Of a DNA stretch of 45,544 bases, positions 38,535 through 45,544 are shown in pieces (positions within the stretch are counted from its first letter, which is position 1; every line of letters begins with the position of its first letter). This DNA comes from Sphaeroforma arctica JP610. Lineage: Eukaryota. The notes under the pieces are model-generated. The model searched no databases, was not told the DNA's origin, and saw nothing but the letters and a program-made list of their open reading frames with translations. The DNA lies in assembly GCF_001186125.1 (NCBI RefSeq), contig NW_014040555.1, forward strand, positions 19,377 through 64,920, written 5' to 3'. The translations under genes were made by a program, and so were the position numbers.

Positions 38535-38830
38535 TGGAGCTATTAGACATATAATAGTATGTCGCCAAGGCGTCTTTTGGACTGCACGGGTACCCTGGTA
38601 AAGAAAAGTATCTACCTTTCTATCCACATAGATCGGCTCACATTGTATCATTGAGATCAACTGTGGTAGCCATTTATCTGAGTGTCTTAGGGGACAACAC
38701 AATGTGATGGTAGCATCTTGAATATGTACATAATTCAGCAACTGTGGTATTAATAACCATGGAGGATTTGCCCAGGCATTCTCGAGAGACAAGTCAATCT
38801 GGAATCCATCTCCTTTTGGATGTCCCAGTG
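38535..38830 (-). pseudogene. Dam/DIRS-type DNA N6-adenine methyltransferase-like module (catalytic NPPW half)
   Basis: DGFQIDLSLENAWANPPWLLIPQLLNYVHIQDATITLCCPLRHSDKWLPQL matches the DA/GF..W...yaNPP(W/F).lI..vL......a...li.P.w....W.p.L pattern of DIRS-associated Dam domains. In frame with integrase. Confidence 0.8.
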
Positions 38831-38869
38831 TCCGGTACCTCGCCTAACCATCTTATTAAAGTCTGGTAC

Positions 38870-40711
38870 GAAGTGAGACAACATGTCGGGTAAGTGATTG
38901 TATATACCCGGTATGTGTGTTATGCTGAAAGAAAATTTTGCGATCGTGTCATGCCACCGACTGACTAACTGTGAGATAGGTTTCATGTCCTTTAGGTGTT
39001 GCAATGACTTCTGATCACATAGCACATTAAAGTGTGTGCCATATAGATAATCCTTAAAATGAGTGAGTGCTGTAACAATAGCCAAAAGCTCTTGTTGCAT
39101 GGTTGGGTAATTGATCTGAGACGAATTCATAGCTCTGCTAAAGAACTGTACATATCTCGGTTTCCCATCAATCATTTGATACAGCACGCCGCCGAGTGCC
39201 ATGTCGGATATGCGTCTGTTACTACCATAAATGGAATACCATCTTTTGGTGGCTGGACTACTGGTGCCTGTTGAACCACTGTTTTGAGCTGCTTAGATGC
39301 GTCATCACAGTCTTTGGTCCACAGCGCGCTGAGTTTGCCTTTATGACATCTCAAATGTCCAAAGGGCTTTAAGTAACTTGCCAGGTGTGGTACTCCGTCA
39401 GACAAAAAGTTGACGAATCCGCACATGCTATTGACATCCTTACCCGTGGTAGGAGTTTTCCAGTCTAGCAAGTGTCCGACCTTCCCGGGATTGATCATGA
39501 TTCCATCCCCGGATACTCGGTAACCCAACAGTTGAATCTCGTTAACACCGAAGTGACATTTCTTACAGTTGATCTTAAAGTTGTGCTTGTTGAGTCTACT
39601 TAGAACCTCTCCCACAACCTTGTCGTGTTCCTCTTTGGTTTTGGTGAATACCACAATGTCATCAATGTATACTTATACATTGTCCATGTCCCTAAACAAG
39701 CCTTGCATAATTTGTTGAAAGAACGCAGGTAGCATGTGTAACCCAAAGGGGGCACCTTTGAATGAATATTGCTGACCCTCCCCCCCAGGTAAAGGTGAAA
39801 TACTTCCGATGTGGTCGGTAAATTTTCATCTGGTGGTAGCCCTGCGTCAGGTCGATAGTGGAGAATATCTTAGCTCCCTCCAGGCGCCTGAGCAGTTCGT
39901 TTATCCTTGGTAAGTGAAAATTGCGTGTCGGTATCAAAGCGTTAATTGGGCTCATATCCAAACACACCCGCACTTTCTTCAGTGTCCCGTCAGAGTTGAA
40001 TTGATCGACGGCTAAAAGCGCTAGGTTGACGGGAGTCGGCTCATAGTTGACTGCGATCACTACGTCATCTAACCATGCTTTCACCTGTTCTCGTACGACC
40101 TGCTCATGACGCCATGCAACATAGTTACGTGTAGGACACTTCAGCTTCGAGAAATCTACTCTCGTCAGATCTGGACTAACGTATCCGTTATTGAATTTGA
40201 ACTTAGCCCAGTCCGTGATCCAAATCTTGTTATTCTCGAAAATCAAGTCCTTGAGTTTCTCTGTAAAGTGAGGGATCAGCTCCTTCACAGTCTTCGAAGG
40301 TTTATATACCGGTTTCAACAAATTGTCGTCCGACTGATCCTTCTGTGGTTCAATGTTAGTAGGTAAGCCTGTAATTGTGATACCTAATGACAATAAATCA
40401 CCCATACCTACTACGAGATCATAGTCTGGTGAAGTGTTTCATATGACCGCCTGAGTAACTGTAGTACGTTGGTCTGTCAATGTAAACCTAAGATCGATTG
40501 CCATTTCTCTGCAAGTGATCTCTTTTTCATCAGCTAATTTCAACATAGTTGGCTCTGACTTACGAGTAACGTCTGTGATTTTACAGAATCTAGAGGATAT
40601 ACATGAAATTTGCGAGCCCGGATCTAACAACGCTTTTATTTCATGTCCGTTAACTCGTACGTCAAGGATTACACGCTCGTCTTGAGGTGCGTCCTTTTGT
40701 CTTAGTGACAA
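38870..40711 (-). pseudogene. Protease, reverse transcriptase and RNase H of the inner element (frameshifted)
   Basis: ALLDPGSQISCI; KVRVCLDMSPIN; FSTIDLTQGYHQ; YIDD (~39660); VVTDA; QQELLAIV; CDQKSL; NHLPDMLS. Confidence 0.92.
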
Positions 40712-40831
40712 GACCCGGTATGTTTGTCACTTGACTTCAACTTCTGGTTTCACCTTATACGTATGCTTGTGGTTACACTTTTCTGTATGCCTTTCATTCC
40801 ATCTGCCATTCGGCTCATGTTGAGTCATTCT

Positions 40832-42399
40832 TCAATTGCAATCAATCTCACTACAGTTCTTGACCTCCCTATGCCTGGGCTTAGGGTTGCCTACCGGCGG
40901 TCCATTTCCGTTGGTCTGGTTACCCTTAGGGATGACATTGATCTTGTTGCTTTCAGAACCATTTATATTTTTGTTCTTATTGCTACCCTTGTCACCCCCT
41001 TTGTGTACCTTCTGACCTCCATTAGTGGATTGAGAGTCTCGACCATTGCCTGATCCTCCGGTAAGATTGCCATTGACCTTCTTCTGAGCATTATTGAATT
41101 TCACCACGGAACTAGGGCGTTTGGTAAACGTCTGATCCGCTTTCGAATAAAATTCTGCCCAGGTTAAGTCCGCTAGCTTCATTATACCGTATATAGGTCC
41201 TTCAATGGAGATCTCTCGTATCTTGTCCGGATAAAATTGATGCATATCAGCGTACAGAATCTCTTGATCTCTCCTATGTAGGTTTGACCAAAAGATTTTC
41301 TGTACCCATAGTACACACATGGATAGCTTATCAGGTGACATCTCCTGAGTTTGGGCCCGTGACCCATGTGTGTCCAACTCTGATAAGTAGTGGGACACCG
41401 GCGTTCCTTCTTCCGGTGGTATCATGATCGATACAAGCAATTCCGGTCGAGGGTCCGTCGAAAATAACTGGACGATCATCTCACTCTGCTCTTTCCACGT
41501 TTTCAGCTTAGTGATCGCTTGTTTCGCCTTCTCTAACTTGCTATACTTGTAAGAGAATGGCTTAAACCTCTGCTGCGCTGCTTCAAACCATAGGTTCTTC
41601 CGTATATTGGCTTTAAGCATAATCTGTCCAAACTCTTTCAAAGACCTAGATAACAACGCCAGACTGCTAGTATCGATTGGATCCTTTCGGTCTTTTCGAT
41701 CAGATCTAATTTACCTTTGTCCTTTACAAACTTCTTGCCTTCCACAGCCTTCCTGGTTTGAATCACTCTTAGTTCTGAATCAATCTTAGTTTGGAGATGC
41801 GTAGCCATTGTCATATAAAGACTAGCGGCATCAATCCTACCTAGATCCATCGCCTCGAGTGAAGCTGCCTCGGCTTTGTTCATTTGAACAGTGAATTCAG
41901 CAATTTTCAGATCACTACTAGAGTGATCTGATCCCTTCTTTTCTGATTGCATTTGACCATGCAGTCAGTTATTTGCCTCATCCTTTGATCCATCGATCTG
42001 TTCAATGTTGTTGAACGCTTCGGATGGGGCAGCGTCTTTCTTCGTCTCTGAGATAGCCGCTGGGGGCGAACTGTTTTCCGATGACGAAAAGAATTTTCTC
42101 GCTTTCACCTGATCAGGTTTCGGCTCTTCGGTCGGTTTGTCCTTCTGAAATACCTCTGGGGCACTCTGTGGATTCCCTTCCGGTAATGGATTTGGATTAG
42201 AAACTTGTTCAGATGCCATTCGCGACATTACTGTTGCGTCTAATCCAGGTGAGGGTTGATTTTCGGGTGATGAAGATCTGATTCTGCTTGCCTCTCCATT
42301 GTCTGACAACATCTCGAACGCCAATATGGCTTGATAGGTGCCAAATGGGTTGATATCAAATCGGGAAGATCTGCCAGAAGATCCCGAATTGCGTACCAA
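40832..42399 (-). pseudogene. gag-like region of the inner element (frameshifted)
   Basis: Lies immediately upstream of the protease; helical capsid-like segment followed by a G/N/K-rich tail and Cys/His residues. Confidence 0.65.
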
Positions 42400-43467
42400 A
42401 TTAAGTATACAAAGCTTCCATCTCTCCTCGTTCCGAATACCTCCTGCAGTATCTTTTGAAACTGACGGAAAAGTTTGCGTGCTTGCTTACCGTCGTCAGT
42501 TTTCATTGATTTTAGACGATTGTAATATTTATTATACCTAAACAAATCGTACCCGAACTTTCTTACCACTGCATACATAACATAACTCGGTGAGATGGTA
42601 CCATCTGGTTTGGTCTTCAATACGTCCGGGAAGAACGTTCCATACGTATTTCGAAACAACCATGCCCTGTTGGCCCGATGTCGGATCAACTCTCGTTGAT
42701 TCTCCTCCTGAAGATCAATCTGTGCCTGGTATGGATTACCCAGATCAAAGTTCTGTCGCCAAGCCGGTCGGAGTGGTGTTTTGGGTATACGCAGCCATTG
42801 TGAGGCAATCCTGATGTCCGAATCGTCGTCCTGACGGTGAAATGTCCGGTCCACATCATTCGGACCTATATACACGAATCGCAGTTGTTCTTCCAATACG
42901 TTGATTTGGGGTTGATCCAGCAGTGCTGGTGAATCATACTCCGAGTCATCCTCCCCTGATTCATCCTGACTTTGATCCTTCGCTGCGGCTTGCTTTTTCT
43001 TCCGCTGCGTAGTTGGTCTCAAATCATGAACATTGGTTGGTAGACCTTCAGGAAGGCTCTCCTATCCCTTGCTATCATGTGATAAGTAGGATCTCGCCTA
43101 CGTGCTTTGCGCGTATCCACTGGTGGAGATGGTACATCGGATTCCAGTGCATGTCGGACTTCCTCTGACGTTGACTTGTCCGATGAATGCGTTTTCTCGG
43201 CTTTTCCCTGTCGATATCTCGCCTTCTTCGCAAGTGGCTACTGTGGCTCTGTAGTCACATTACCTCCGGATGCACCTATACCCGAGTCAGCCAACTTCAT
43301 ACGTTTTTGTTTAGTCAGAATTGGTACTGTTTGTCTCGGTGTGATCTCTGTTACGTCAGATTCCACTGATGATGCCGGGGGTGATTTCAGCTTTTCATCG
43401 CCTTCAGTAAACCAATTTATTTTGCAGCATTAGCTACATTCGCTGCCTTATTGTTTCCTTTCGTCAT
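42240..43467 (-). pseudogene. Additional 5' ORF (ORF0) of unknown function
   Basis: ATG 28 nt inside the 5' LTR boundary (MTKGNNKAANVANAA...), then disrupted, followed by a 260-codon open segment with a globular-looking aromatic/basic domain. Confidence 0.55.
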
Positions 43468-43495
43468 AATATCGATAGCGTATTATAAACTTAAA

Positions 43496-44358
43496 TATAT
43501 ATGTCGGTCTCCTCTAGGCTGACTATACGATACCAAGACGTTTACGTTTATAAGACAATACGTTAACACGTTAAAGTGAAAATGCTAAAAATAAGTTTAG
43601 CTCCAGCCCTTGGTAGTGAGCAAAAGATTAGGGGATTTTAGACTGAGACTATTGTCTATAAGCTCCGCTCTAATCACTCACTACTCCGGTCTAGATTTAT
43701 TTATGTTTTCATTTCATTGGACGCATATTTTACATTTCACGCCTCGAAACAATTATCTACTCAAAATAACCAATAAAATATCTCAAAGTCCAACTTAAGA
43801 AAAGAAAAAAAGAAAATCAAAACACCAAGCTGGTGCAGTATATATCTGCACCTAAACCTCATTACTTGGTACCTAGCTCCCCATTCCATTTAAGGCATAG
43901 ACGGGCACATCTAGTTGGCTGGCTAGGAGGAATCAAAACCAGGTTGTCCTAAATTCTAACAACTCTGATCCTGTCCTTTTCTCAGTGAATTATCTTACTC
44001 TGAGATCATTTTCGAATTATACCTTAGGTTTGTACCAACAACCATTTCAAGCCTGAGACCCTCTCTCATGGTACTCCCATTAATTAGATATTCCCAAAGT
44101 GTCATTTTCATGTGTCAGATTTGAATCATTCCTATATTTTGTATCATTCTATATTTCATTGGGAAAAAAAAACAATCCATATTTGGAAAACCACCTAATT
44201 GTCCACAGTAGAGTCCCATACTCTACTGAGTACTATCACATGTTCAGAATCTTGAATATCTCAATTCTTGTTCATGTTCAAAACGTTAAACGCATTTCAG
44301 TATTTATTTTAAAATACGTTAATTGTGCAACTACTATTAGGAACCCGCTATTTTTACA
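43496..44358 (-). repeat. 5' LTR, carrying a ~205-bp segment (~44068-44274) absent from the 3' LTR
   Basis: Aligns to 35803-36487 except for this block and small indels. Confidence 0.9.
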
Positions 44359-44837
44359 GTGACGTTGCAACTTATCACGAAATAAGTTCGTTGCCACGTG
44401 ACCCTGGTTCATCTGTTGCTGCGGGGACTTCATCACTCCGCGGAAGGCATCAAAAGAACGCTTTGCCTGTAGTAAACACATCAAAATACGATACTAAAAC
44501 CTACTGAGCCTCCCTGAGGCTCAGTGCGGTGTATTTATTCTTATATTTGATTGTCTACTTGGTCTACAAATAATTCACCTCGTGTGAATTAACTGTAAAC
44601 TAATTCTAACTCCACACTGATAGTGGTTTAAGGGGACTTTTACTACACTCCCCTCAAGCTCAAGCGTCACCAGTGATTGAAGAGCTTCAAAATAAATGAC
44701 CTCTTAAACTATTGAAAATTAAACATATAAAACTAGTAGTGTAAATTAAACAAAACATATATATATATAAACTAGTGAAAATACTTCTGCTGAGTAAGTT
44801 CGTGCCTTGGAAACTGGTCTTTTGAACCATCCCGGCT

Positions 44838-44921
44838 GTGCTGGTATATTTTCACCCCCCAAAAAGCTAGGGTATCCGCTGGTATGTTTTCACCCCCCCC
44901 ATAAGCTAGGGTATCCGCTGG
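44838..44921. repeat. ~40-bp tandem duplication containing a PPT-like G-run on the minus strand
   Basis: GCTGGTAT(A/G)TTTTCACCCCCC..AAGCTAGGGTATCC occurs twice. Confidence 0.8.
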
Positions 44922-45066
44922 AGTTATACTCGCCTATAGGCTCGAGTTGTGGAATAGTCGTTCGTCTCTACACCGTGGTGAAATCTCACGAGGAGAGACA
45001 AACCCCGATCCGGAAGTAGATGATAGACATCTAGTATTCATCAACGTAACGTTGAAGTTATTGTTG

Positions 45067-45544
45067 TTATGCCGCTTTCTCCTTCTTTCGAGTTTCCTCG
45101 GCTTTGTGGTATGCAGCTATATCATTCGGATCGTCAAAAGCTTCGGCTGACTCCCAAGTTGGATCACCTTCCCGCCAGCGAACCAAGTATTCTGTATTCC
45201 CTGTGGAATCATTCTGTATATGTCGAATGATGTAACGGAACGAGGAACTATCCTGCCACATATGATCTTCTCAAGGCTTTTCGGTGGCTCTATGGACTAA
45301 CCGCAAAAGTTTCACTCTAACTGGTTTACCTTTGAAAGTATCTGGAAGTGAACCATCCTTGTTTGTCAGTTCATATCCTTGTCCCTGTCTGGCTTTGACA
45401 ACGTATGGTCCAAACATTGGTCACATTGCTTTGGTTGTGCGACCTACGGGCCGTACCATTACCACATCCCCTGGTTGAAAGGCGATAAAATCGTAAGCAT
45501 GGAGGCGGTCAAACTGCCTGGATAGTATGTCTGCGTATTTCTGC
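45067..45544 (-). pseudogene. 3' end of another Gypsy pol: integrase GPY region + chromodomain (element runs off the window)
   Basis: FQPGDVVMVR...FGPYVV (one stop) and EYLVRWREGDPTWESAEAFDDP. Confidence 0.88.

Larger units (their letters stand above)
35803..44358 (-). mobile_element. Full-length (mutated) chromodomain-bearing Ty3/Gypsy LTR retrotransposon: ORF0, gag, PR, RT, RNase H, N6-adenine MTase-like module, integrase, chromodomain
   Basis: TGTAAAA...TTTTACA ends, 4-bp TSD GTGA (35799-35802, 44359-44362), two homologous LTRs, PPT, and pol domains in Gypsy order. Confidence 0.93.

Noticed and set aside
35803..44358. Classification as a DIRS element because of the MTase
   Set aside because: Has direct LTRs, TSD, PPT, protease and a DDE integrase; no tyrosine recombinase.

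Overview
This is repeat-rich eukaryotic genomic DNA with several assembly gaps. The left quarter holds one intron-rich host gene that the ORF track misses: a 12-exon, phase-consistent histidine acid phosphatase (+, about 3404-12352, about 456 aa). A ~700-bp foldback element and microsatellites lie upstream of it. The rest is a nested transposon cluster: a Ty3/Gypsy relic, a decayed APE-RT LINE, an inverted pair of intron-containing tRNA-Met(CAT) genes, a decayed THAP/P-element transposase with C-terminal SAP-like repeats, and several related chromodomain-type Ty3/Gypsy elements. The main finding is a full-length (-) Gypsy element (35803-44358, GTGA target duplication). Its pol carries a Dam/DIRS-type N6-adenine methyltransferase-like module (NPPW) between RNase H and integrase, and it has an extra ORF upstream of gag. 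Its LTR family lacks a tRNA primer site, shows co-varying complementarity that suggests Tf1-like self-priming, and keeps covariation-supported stem-loops. Domain calls come from motif recognition by eye; no database searches were run.
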